Shown here one piece after another: positions 51,350-59,966 of a stretch of DNA of 62,753 bases. The stretch lies in assembly GCA_948442015.1 (NCBI GenBank), contig CAOJRP010000006.1, forward strand, positions 1 through 62,753. Direction: 5' to 3'. Below the pieces are notes generated by a model. That model saw only the letters and a program-made list of their open reading frames with translations, searched no databases and was not told where the DNA came from. A program made the translations under genes and the position numbers. Position 1 is the stretch's first letter, and every line of letters starts with the position of its first letter. The stretch comes from an uncultured Erysipelotrichaceae bacterium (lineage in GTDB: Bacteria > Bacillota_I > Bacilli_A > RF39 > UBA660).

Positions 51350-51902
51350 AATTATAATCAGAACTTAACAAAACTTAACATTCAAGAAAAAAAAGTATAT
51401 TTGAAAACCTCACAAAACCTCACATTCACCATAAAAATGCTAACAAATGCTAACCTTTAAACATATATTAAGAACCTTACAAAACCTGACATTCTATTTA
51501 AAAATTATTAATAAAACTTGTTATTTGGATTATTCAATTGTTAAGGTTTAAAGATATATAATGTTGTTATACAAGTAGATAGTAAAATGCTAGGAAATGC
51601 TAGGGTTCAAACTATTGATAAGATTCATAGTGACAAAATTGTTAGTATTCAACAGTATTTACGAACTAGAATACTTACAAATGCAAACATAATAAAATAT
51701 AAAGTGGCAGAGAAAAGTAGAGTTTGTGATGCAATTGAAAACACTAACAAATACTAACATTCGAAACTTATTTGAATGGTTGAATTGATAAGGAATGATA
51801 AGGTTAAAACTTATATAGCAAATGTTGACAAATGTTGACCTTTAAATTTATATAAAGGGATTGATTTTATGTTATTTTTATAAGAATAACATAACCTGAA
51901 TT
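51333..51902 (+). repeat. Array of 10 or more distinct 10-bp tandem doublets resembling terS gene fragments (candidate pac-site array)
   Basis: (aaacctgaaa)x2, (aacttaacaa)x2, (aaacctcaca)x2, (aaatgctaac)x2, aaccttacaa/aacctgaca, (aaatgctagg)x2, acactaacaa/atactaaca, (tgataaggaa)x2, (aaatgttgac)x2, some copies imperfect; no long ORF. Confidence 0.85.
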
Positions 51903-52077
51903 ATCGGCTTTAAATATAAGGATTTTATGTTTAATAAATGGTAAAATTATATTGTCAAAATATATTCGAAAGGTAGGTATTAGTAACAGGTTAGTAACAA
52001 AAATACAAATATTGTCTAGTATTCCTACACTTTAGAAATATTAGGCAATATTTTTGTTTGAAAGGATGGTATATATC

Positions 52078-52695
52078 ATGGGTAAGTTGAACAGAGAATT
52101 TTTAAAGGATTTGGGCATAGATGATAAAGATGTTGTTGATGCAATTCTTGATGAACATTCCAAAATAATTGGTGAAGTTAAAAAAGAACTAAATACTGTT
52201 AATGCTAAATTTGAATTTTTGAATCAAAAAAATGATGAATTAACTAGCGAATTAAAAGATAGGGATAATCAACTTAATGATTTAAAAAATTCTACTGAAG
52301 ATGTTGCAGGATTAAAGAAAACTATTGAAGATTTACAAAACACTAATAAGACATGTGATGAAGCACATAAGAATGAAATTAATGATCTTAAAAAATCATT
52401 TGCAATTGAAAATGCTTTAAGAGATGCTAAAGCAAGAAATATTATTTCAGTAAAAGCATTACTTAAATTAGATGAAATTGAATTAAAAGAAGATGGTTCA
52501 TTAAAAGGATTATCTGAACAACTTGAAACTCTTAAAGGTGCTGAAGATAGTAAGTTCTTATTTGATACTGAAACTAGAACCTTAAAAGGGGCAATTCCAG
52601 GGGAAACAGGTATGGATGATCCTAGTACCAAAATTGATTTATCAAAAATGACTTATGATGAAAGAAATGCATATTTTGAAGGTGATTTTGATTGA
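52078..52695 (+). CDS. Phage scaffolding protein (minor structural protein GP20 family)
   Basis: LNREFLKDLGI, coiled coil, AKARNIISVKALL, GLSEQLETLK...FLF, KMTYDE. Confidence 0.88.
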   Translation: MGKLNREFLKDLGIDDKDVVDAILDEHSKIIGEVKKELNTVNAKFEFLNQKNDELTSELKDRDNQLNDLKNSTEDVAGLKKTIEDLQNTNKTCDEAHKNEINDLKKSFAIENALRDAKARNIISVKALLKLDEIELKEDGSLKGLSEQLETLKGAEDSKFLFDTETRTLKGAIPGETGMDDPSTKIDLSKMTYDERNAYFEGDFD

Positions 52696-53153
52696 ACGAG
52701 AAAGAATTACTAAATCAAGTGAAATTAAATAGCAATATAGAGATTATTTATAAAAATTTGTGGGCAGTTAATTTTGATTATTTATCAAATGGTTGGTTAC
52801 AAGGTATTACTATTGATAATTTAGATATTGAAAGTTATTTAACAATAGTTGAATTCGGAATAAATAGTTCTACTACTGTGATCCTAAACAAAGGACATAA
52901 AAATTATGAAAAAATACTATCAGTTTTTAAATTTATTATGAAACTATCTATTAAAGAAATGCAAAACAAAAATACATTTTATAAGTGGTTTAGATGCAAT
53001 TTTAAAAACTATAAAAAATATTCAAATGTTCAAATTGATTCTTTACTAAAAAAGCATGATATATCAAAAGTAAAGGAATTTTATAATCAATCATGTCTTT
53101 TAGAAATTCAAAGAAGAAGGGATGAAAAAATCAGAAAAAAGAAAGGTAGGTGA
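52692..53153 (+). CDS. Hypothetical protein
   Basis: ORF overlapping the scaffold stop and tape-measure start, suggesting translational coupling. Confidence 0.7.
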   Translation: MNEKELLNQVKLNSNIEIIYKNLWAVNFDYLSNGWLQGITIDNLDIESYLTIVEFGINSSTTVILNKGHKNYEKILSVFKFIMKLSIKEMQNKNTFYKWFRCNFKNYKKYSNVQIDSLLKKHDISKVKEFYNQSCLLEIQRRRDEKIRKKKGR

Positions 53154-53158
53154 TAGTT

Positions 53159-55141
53159 ATGGCAAGTATTACAACTGCAATACATCTAACTGATAATATG
53201 ACACCAGTATTAAGAAATATAACTGGTGCAATGGATTCAACTCTTGATATTTTTGAAAATATGGACAGTGAAATGAATAAATCATTTGATACTTCCAAAA
53301 TAAATTCTGCAAGAATTGCAATTGATCAAGTAAATGCTTCATTAAATTCAATGGAAGATAATCTTAATAAAAACTATCAACAACAAAATAAATTAAATAA
53401 GGAAATTCAAGATGGTAAAAACAAAGTTGATAATATGATGGGTTCTGTTGTTTCTTTAGTTTCTGCATATGCTGGATTTAAAACAATTGGTAAATTAGTC
53501 AATTTATCAGATGAATATACTCAAACAAGAGCAAGATTAAATTTAATGAATGATGGTTTACAAACTACTGATGAATTGCAGCAAAAAATATTTAATTCTG
53601 CACAAAGAGCAAGATCATCTTACCAAACACAAGCAGATATAGTTGCAAAACTTGGACAAAGAGCAGGTGATGCTTTTAAATCCAATAATGAAACAATTGC
53701 ATTTGCTGAAAATTTAAGTAAGTTATTTGTTATTGCTGGTGCAAGTCAACAAGAAATGGCATCAGCATCATTACAATTAACCCAAGCATTAGGTTCAGGT
53801 GTTCTTCGTGGTGAAGAATTAAATGCAGTATTTGAATCAGCACCAAATGTTATTCAAACAATTGCTGATTATTTAGATGTTCCAATTGGTAAAATTCGTG
53901 AAATGGCAAGTGATGGTAAAATTACTGCTGATATAGTAAAGAATGCTCTACTAGGTGCTACAAATGATATTAATAGTCAATTTGATAGTATTCCTATGAC
54001 TTGGTCACAAGTATGGACTGGTGTTATGAATGAATTATATGTGGCAACACAACCTATATTAGAATTAATTAATTTACTAGCACAAAATTGGTCAATTATA
54101 GAACCAATTGTAATTGCTTTAGCAACTGCAATTGGATTATATACGGCTGCATTATTAACCTACAACACAATTGTTGGTATTTCCAACATGCTTACTGCAA
54201 CTAAGGCTGCAATGGATGCTTTGGCAGCAGGCAAAACTTTTATGTGGACTGCTGCACAATATGGTTTTAATGCTGCTTTGTTAGCATGTCCATTAACATG
54301 GATTTTGTTAATTATTATTGCAGTTATTGCTGCAATTTATGCAGTAGTAGCAGCCATAAATAAAGCAAAGGGTACAACAGTTAGTGCTACTGGTGTAATA
54401 TGTGGAAGCATTAATGTAGTTTTACAATTTTTTAAGAATTTAGGATTATTTATTGCAAATGTTGCTTTGGGTATTTGGAATGCTTTGGGTGCTTGTGCAT
54501 CAAATATTGGTATTGCATTTAATAATGTTATCTGTAATATTAAATCGTGGTTTTATGGTTTATTAGAAACAGTTATGGATGTTATTGCTGGAATAGTAAA
54601 AACATTGAATAAATTACCATTTATTGATATTGATGTATCAGGTATTACAAGTAAAGCAGATGAATATGCTGCAAAGAAAGCAGAAGCAGAAAATAATAAA
54701 AAAGATTATGAATCAGTAAGTGAAGCATTTAATAAAGGAATGAATACTTTTGATGCCTTTGAAACTGGATGGGTTTCAGATGCATATAATGCAGGTTACA
54801 AAGTTGGTGAAAATGTTGATTCTGCAATAGGAAATTTCTTTGGTGGTGGGGATATTCCTGATATGGCTAGTGATTTAGGTGATCTTGGAAATTCAGCATC
54901 AAAAATTGCATCAGATACTGGTTCAATTAAGGATTCATTAGATATAACTTCTGAAGAATTAAAATATTTAAGAGATTTAGCAGAAAGAGATGTTGTTAAT
55001 AGATTTACTACTGCTGAAATTCATGTTGATATGGGCGGTATTACAAACAATGTATCAAATAATAATGATCTTGATGGAATTATTAATTATCTTGTTGAAG
55101 GTGTTGAAGTTGCTATGGAAGAAACTGCTGAAGGGGTATAA
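53159..55141 (+). CDS. Phage tape measure protein (~660 aa)
   Basis: Tape_meas-type domain ([22 protein letters not shown]), Ala-rich hydrophobic central region, C-terminal [18 protein letters not shown]. Confidence 0.92.
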   Translation: MASITTAIHLTDNMTPVLRNITGAMDSTLDIFENMDSEMNKSFDTSKINSARIAIDQVNASLNSMEDNLNKNYQQQNKLNKEIQDGKNKVDNMMGSVVSLVSAYAGFKTIGKLVNLSDEYTQTRARLNLMNDGLQTTDELQQKIFNSAQRARSSYQTQADIVAKLGQRAGDAFKSNNETIAFAENLSKLFVIAGASQQEMASASLQLTQALGSGVLRGEELNAVFESAPNVIQTIADYLDVPIGKIREMASDGKITADIVKNALLGATNDINSQFDSIPMTWSQVWTGVMNELYVATQPILELINLLAQNWSIIEPIVIALATAIGLYTAALLTYNTIVGISNMLTATKAAMDALAAGKTFMWTAAQYGFNAALLACPLTWILLIIIAVIAAIYAVVAAINKAKGTTVSATGVICGSINVVLQFFKNLGLFIANVALGIWNALGACASNIGIAFNNVICNIKSWFYGLLETVMDVIAGIVKTLNKLPFIDIDVSGITSKADEYAAKKAEAENNKKDYESVSEAFNKGMNTFDAFETGWVSDAYNAGYKVGENVDSAIGNFFGGGDIPDMASDLGDLGNSASKIASDTGSIKDSLDITSEELKYLRDLAERDVVNRFTTAEIHVDMGGITNNVSNNNDLDGIINYLVEGVEVAMEETAEGV

Positions 55142-55182
55142 ATTTTTACAAAATGATTTGAAATAAGGAAGGATGATGAGAT

Positions 55183-55899
55183 ATGAAAAATAGTTTAGAA
55201 AAAATTTTAAAGGAACATTCAGATTTAACTGATAAAACGAATGAAAAAATTGAAAATGTGATTGAAAGTTATAGAAATAATACTTTTGCACAAAGAATGA
55301 TAAATCATGAATTGGCATCAATGATTAATGAAGAAATTGAAAAAATAGTAGAAGAATATAAGGAAAGTGAACAAAAACTTCAAGTTACCTTTGAAGAAAT
55401 TGTTAATAAGGAAAAAGATAGAATTATCCATATGAATGAAAATACATCTGCAGAATACTCAATTAGAATAAATAATGCATTAAATTTCTTAAAAGCATCA
55501 GATGATACACTTACAGATGATACCGCTCATATAATGTTGGAAGATTTTGAAAAGGATTATAAGACAATGCACCTATTCAAACAAATTATTGAAAATAGTA
55601 ATGGTTTATGCGTTATTAATCCATTAGATCCTACTGATGTTAAATTTCCTAAAACATTTGGAAACTTTAGCAATAAATTAAAGTGTTTCAATATTTTAGA
55701 TGAACTTACTAAAAATTCGAAAGATGCATTAAAATACTTTTTACGAGATAAAAACTTTGTTATAAAAGATGGTGATGCATCAAAAGGAATTGGAAGACTT
55801 ACTTGGGATTTTTCAGTTCCTAGTCCAGGTTATGCTTCAATGACTGGAAATGATGTTATTTTAGAACTTTTACAAAAATATGAAAAAATAGAAATTTAA
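55183..55899 (+). CDS. Hypothetical protein
   Basis: 238-aa ORF with RBS. Confidence 0.75.
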   Translation: MKNSLEKILKEHSDLTDKTNEKIENVIESYRNNTFAQRMINHELASMINEEIEKIVEEYKESEQKLQVTFEEIVNKEKDRIIHMNENTSAEYSIRINNALNFLKASDDTLTDDTAHIMLEDFEKDYKTMHLFKQIIENSNGLCVINPLDPTDVKFPKTFGNFSNKLKCFNILDELTKNSKDALKYFLRDKNFVIKDGDASKGIGRLTWDFSVPSPGYASMTGNDVILELLQKYEKIEI

Positions 55900-55920
55900 A
55901 GAAGGATTGGTGGATTATTT

Positions 55921-56118
55921 ATGAATGAATTTGAATTACAAGATGAAATTCTTGAAAAATTAAATGAAATGAAAAAACTTGCTGAAGAAATATATCCCTT
56001 AACAAGAAAATATTCTCAAATAATGCTTTATGGTGATTCATCTATTTTTGTTTCATTTGCACCTGATAGCCTTGAAAAGAAACTAATTGATGATGGAATT
56101 ATGACATATAAGAGGTAA
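55921..56118 (+). CDS. Small hypothetical protein
   Basis: 65-aa ORF in an operon context. Confidence 0.6.
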   Translation: MNEFELQDEILEKLNEMKKLAEEIYPLTRKYSQIMLYGDSSIFVSFAPDSLEKKLIDDGIMTYKR

Positions 56119-56122
56119 TAAC

Positions 56123-56350
56123 ATGGATGACTTTAATTATGAAATAAAAGAAAAATTTGGAACTTTAAGTGAAAAAAGTGATGGAAAATTTACTTTAGAA
56201 TTAAATTTGATTAGTTATAGAGGAAAAGAAGATAAATTTGATTTGAGAAGATGGGATCGATCATGTGACAAGATGTTAAAAGGTCTTGCACTTGATAAAG
56301 AAGAAATAATTGCTTTAAGGGATATATTAAATAACATAAAATTTGATTAG
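56123..56350 (+). CDS. PC4/YdbC family ssDNA-binding protein
   Basis: FGTLSE...LELNLISY..KFDLRRW...KMLKGLAL. Confidence 0.9.
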   Translation: MDDFNYEIKEKFGTLSEKSDGKFTLELNLISYRGKEDKFDLRRWDRSCDKMLKGLALDKEEIIALRDILNNIKFD

Positions 56351-56370
56351 CAGACTTATTATCTGCTTTT
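56349..56370. terminator. Terminator hairpin between convergent units
   Basis: agcaga-loop-tctgct followed by ttt. Confidence 0.55.
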
Positions 56371-56403
56371 CATTTGCACAAAATTAAAAGACATATTACT
56401 ATG

Positions 56404-56586
56404 TCATTTATCCAAATTTTTAGGTTTATCCTTATTAAACCATTCATCAATTTTATTATTCTTGATAGCATCTCTAAATTCTTTTACTTCTTTTTTCTCT
56501 TTATTGGTCAACTTTCTTTTCTTACCATTATTTTTAATACCTGGTATTTCGTTGATCCATCTAGGTTTTGAATTACTTTGTTCCAT
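56404..56586 (-). CDS. Small basic hypothetical protein downstream of abiEii
   Basis: GAGG RBS within the abiEii end; 60 aa. Confidence 0.5.
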   Translation of the reverse strand: MEQSNSKPRWINEIPGIKNNGKKRKLTNKEKKEVKEFRDAIKNNKIDEWFNKDKPKNLDK

Positions 56587-56589
56587 AAA

Positions 56590-57411
56590 TTATACCTCAA
56601 TAGTTTCAAATGAAGAAAAGTATTCAATTACATTTTTAATAACTTTATTTACAGGTAAATCTAACCAATTTACTTTAGGATCATTAAGCATATTATAATA
56701 TCTTTCTGAATTTAATATTTGCTTCAATCTTATTATAATATCAGTCATATTATTTTCTTTCATAGTAATATCTTTAAAAATTAAAATATCAAAGCAATCT
56801 ACTAATTTTTGTTTATCAATTCCTGCTATATTAATTAAATAGTAAAAATCAAATAAATCTTTGTATCTTGTTGATCTAAAACCTAATTTTAATAAGGATT
56901 TAAGTTTTTCTGTTAGAATCTGTTCTTTTGAATTTATGAGAAGGTTGGCATGTTTGTCAATAATATCAAAACTAAAGCAATATTCATCTTGTTCAATATC
57001 AAATTGTTTGTGGATTCCTATATCAAGTTTAGTATTAATACTATTTCCGTATGTATCTGATAATCTTATATTAACTCTTTTACCATCATAATCTTGATGA
57101 TGTAGTTTCTTGATTGTTCCAATAATAGATATATCAATATTGTCTTTGATATTATTTAATTTATCTATAAAGTTTTTAATTGAATCATCTTCTAAAGAGT
57201 ATTTGATAAAATCCAAATCAAGATCACGAGTTGCTCTACGCTTGTCTTTAGATATATTATGCATAACAACACCACCTTTAATGGTTATATGTTCTCTAAA
57301 ATTACTATTAGATATTTTTAGTAATAAAATGTCCTGACACACTTTGGAACTTGCATCAGCATACTCATATCCTGTTTTGGTGTATTCTTCAATCATACTT
57401 TCAATATTCAT
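56590..57411 (-). CDS. abiEii: AbiEii/AbiGii nucleotidyltransferase toxin (type IV TA)
   Basis: IKGGVVM, RATRDLDL, EKLKS, STRYKDLFDFY. Confidence 0.93.
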   Translation of the reverse strand: MNIESMIEEYTKTGYEYADASSKVCQDILLLKISNSNFREHITIKGGVVMHNISKDKRRATRDLDLDFIKYSLEDDSIKNFIDKLNNIKDNIDISIIGTIKKLHHQDYDGKRVNIRLSDTYGNSINTKLDIGIHKQFDIEQDEYCFSFDIIDKHANLLINSKEQILTEKLKSLLKLGFRSTRYKDLFDFYYLINIAGIDKQKLVDCFDILIFKDITMKENNMTDIIIRLKQILNSERYYNMLNDPKVNWLDLPVNKVIKNVIEYFSSFETIEV

Positions 57412-57953
57412 TAAAACACCTCTCTTTGCAATGCTTCTGATAGTTTTAAATCGTTTTTAAATAATGATAAATAATTTTCTATTTTTTGCATATCTAAATC
57501 ATCAATAATATCTCTATAATTAGCAATTATCTCTTTGTAATAATCGAATGGCATTTGCTTTCTTTTTCTTATAAGTTCAACAAGTAATCTTTCTTTGTCA
57601 TACATATACACATCTTGATTATTAATTTTAACAATAGTTTTCCCAACATCTAAAATATTTTTATTAGTAAATATTTGTACTATCTTATCATTTTTGATAG
57701 TACGGTATTTGCTAGGTGTAGCAAGATAAACTTTATTTGGTATAACATCAGTTAATTCATAATAATAGAATGCTGAATCCATCGTAATAACTGCATAGGG
57801 GTATTTTTTAGAATAGAGTAATAAAGGATCAACAATCTTTTTGTCTGAATAAATACCATGTTCAAGTTTATATAATTCATTTGTTTTTAATGCTTTTTGA
57901 ATATTGTATCTAGTTCCATATTTTTTAATTAATTCATCATATGAATATAACAT
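57411..57953 (-). CDS. abiEi: AbiEi-type antitoxin / transcriptional regulator
   Basis: KLEHGIY, SAFYYYELTDVIP, YDKERLLVELIR; coupled to abiEii. Confidence 0.88.
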   Translation of the reverse strand: MLYSYDELIKKYGTRYNIQKALKTNELYKLEHGIYSDKKIVDPLLLYSKKYPYAVITMDSAFYYYELTDVIPNKVYLATPSKYRTIKNDKIVQIFTNKNILDVGKTIVKINNQDVYMYDKERLLVELIRKRKQMPFDYYKEIIANYRDIIDDLDMQKIENYLSLFKNDLKLSEALQREVF

Positions 57954-57986
57954 AAAACTCACCTCAAAATCATTTTAACATAACGA

Positions 57987-58011
57987 TAGGTAAAAATCAA
58001 TAAGTTACCTA
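57987..58011. promoter_or_regulatory. Inverted repeat upstream of abiEi (possible autoregulatory operator)
   Basis: TAGGTAA-N11-TTACCTA. Confidence 0.5.
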
Positions 58012-58151
58012 ACAAAATGCAAATTAGTAACTAATAAATCTGTTACTATCTTGTTACTAACAAACTCTAATTTAATCTACTGAACTTATCTGAAAAGTTC
58101 AGCAATATCTTATATTTCCTTGATTTATAGTATCTATGAAATTGAACTTTT

Positions 58152-58167
58152 TTATGTTATAATATTT
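58152..58167 (+). repeat. att core (distal junction) TTATGTTATAATATTT
   Basis: Identical to 46309-46324. Confidence 0.85.
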
Positions 58168-58186
58168 TTAGTTGGAGGGTTTGGAA

Positions 58187-58879
58187 ATGAGTGAATGTTA
58201 TTCTAAAGCTAGTGACTGTGAAAAATTAGCTATGTATTTAAAGAATAAAATGGGTAGTAGTATTGAGTTTGTTTACAATGTTCATAATCAAATAGTAGAA
58301 GGGAAATATTTTCATTATCATAGAAAGCCATATAATGAGATTGAACGCTTATTTGAAGATGGAATTTATTTCTTTTGTAAGTATTGTGAAAATGATTTTT
58401 TAAAAATTGGTATAAGTGACTCTAATCATCATAAATGTTCTCTAGGTGAACAACTAGCTGCTTTGAGTGCATTTTATGAGGTATTAAGTGAAAAGTTTGG
58501 AGAGCCTTTAGTTTTTTATATTTTAAAAGATGATAATGAACAAAAGATAAATTTACAATGGTCGTTTGTTAATAAGGAAGAAGATATTAAAAACTTTAAA
58601 AATGGTACTTACTTTGATGATAGGAAAATAGAGAGATTAATTATTTTTGGAGAACAAAAAGTTAATGCTATTGGATATCAAATTGGCGAAATAGCAAGAA
58701 AGAATAATGCAAGAATTATTGGACTTCCTTTTGATTTATTTCCTTTAGTAGAAGAAAATATGGAGGATTATGTTAAATATAAAACAGGCAGCCAAATTGG
58801 GGTGCCTGAAGGTTCAAGATTAGATTGTACTCCTGTAGTTTCATATGATAATGATATGACTTTAGAAAAAAGATTTTAA
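58187..58879 (+). CDS. Hypothetical protein (start MSECY)
   Basis: GGAGG RBS; extended -10 lies in the att core. Confidence 0.75.
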   Translation: MSECYSKASDCEKLAMYLKNKMGSSIEFVYNVHNQIVEGKYFHYHRKPYNEIERLFEDGIYFFCKYCENDFLKIGISDSNHHKCSLGEQLAALSAFYEVLSEKFGEPLVFYILKDDNEQKINLQWSFVNKEEDIKNFKNGTYFDDRKIERLIIFGEQKVNAIGYQIGEIARKNNARIIGLPFDLFPLVEENMEDYVKYKTGSQIGVPEGSRLDCTPVVSYDNDMTLEKRF

Positions 58880-58880
58880 A

Positions 58881-59846
58881 TTACTTTTTAATTATTTCTT
58901 TTATAACTTGTGTTTCGACACAAGTTTTTTCTTCCTGAAGTTCTTCACATTTAAGCTTTAAATTTGTAAGTACTTGTAATACTTCTTTTCTTTTTTTCTG
59001 TACATCTTCTAAATCACTTTGATAAAATTCTATATTTCCTGTTTCTAAATTAACCCATTCTACTCCATTAAAAGAAACATAAGGCGAGTAGATATCACTT
59101 ATACAAATCTCAACATCACAATTTGTATCTTTATTAGAAACTATAAGTTTGCTTGAGCATTTTAATTTACTTTTTCTGTCCATATCTACTAAAGATGCAT
59201 CAAAGAAAACTTCTCTACTTGTAATAATAGATTTTTTAATTTCTATTTTATCCGCTTTGATATTTAATAAACCATTTTTCTCATTTGTTGAAATAGTAGA
59301 ATTAACTATGTTTACTTTGTTAGCATTAATATCTATTTTTGAACAATATTTATTTCCAAAATTTTCATTGATAAAATTTAGTTCTTCTACTTTGCTACAA
59401 GAAACAGTCCTAAAAAATACTCCATTACTAATACTACTAGTCCCATCATAATAAAGATTATTCATCAATGTAAGTTTATCTGCACAATGTATTTGGATAT
59501 AAGAATGAGAAAAAACACAATTTTTAAATGTTACATCACAAAAAGAACAAGACAAAATTATGGGAACATCAAAAGTAATACCATCAAAAATATAATTGAC
59601 TCTTTTATCTAATTTAAAATAATCTATTTTTTCTTGAAATATTTTATTGATTCCGTTTAAATCAAAATGATAAAAAGATGGTTTAACCCTTTTATCGAGT
59701 AATTCTTGTCTTACCATAATAGTTATAGTCTCATCAGTTTCTATTACTTCACCAATATTCGTTACTGAACTATACAGAAAATTTTTTCTTTCAAATTCAT
59801 ATAGTAAATTATTTGCCTTTTCTTCAATAAATTTTAATACTTCCAT
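58881..59846 (-). CDS. Hypothetical protein, possible beta-solenoid
   Basis: Periodic I/V-x-I-x-N-S/C strands (VTFKNCVF, VNIVNSTI, IEIKKSII). Confidence 0.7.
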   Translation of the reverse strand: MEVLKFIEEKANNLLYEFERKNFLYSSVTNIGEVIETDETITIMVRQELLDKRVKPSFYHFDLNGINKIFQEKIDYFKLDKRVNYIFDGITFDVPIILSCSFCDVTFKNCVFSHSYIQIHCADKLTLMNNLYYDGTSSISNGVFFRTVSCSKVEELNFINENFGNKYCSKIDINANKVNIVNSTISTNEKNGLLNIKADKIEIKKSIITSREVFFDASLVDMDRKSKLKCSSKLIVSNKDTNCDVEICISDIYSPYVSFNGVEWVNLETGNIEFYQSDLEDVQKKRKEVLQVLTNLKLKCEELQEEKTCVETQVIKEIIKK

Positions 59847-59966
59847 ATCACAAACTCCTTAAATTATATTAACATATTTTTTTGAAAAATATGTTAATTT
59901 TACTATTTGAGAAAAAATCACTTTAAGGAAATTTTACTTTACAAAAAAAGAAAGCAATAACACTTT

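Larger units (their letters stand above)
46309..58167. mobile_element. Integrated phage-satellite-like (PICI-like) element, ~11.9 kb
   Basis: 16-bp direct repeat at both ends; integrase, divergent repressor/Cro, primase-helicase with origin, scaffold, tape measure, AbiE; no recognisable capsid, portal or terminase genes; GATC much more frequent than in the flanks. Confidence 0.9.

Noticed and set aside
51333-51902. CRISPR array or a single degraded terS gene
   Set aside because: There is no constant repeat with regular spacers and no cas genes. The units are different versions of the same short terS segment rather than consecutive parts of one gene.
56374-57337. Plus-strand ORFs opposite abiEii
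   Set aside because: They are antisense shadows of the AbiE operon.
46309-58167. Complete prophage
   Set aside because: It is only ~12 kb and has no recognisable terminase, portal, capsid, tail tube or lysis genes.
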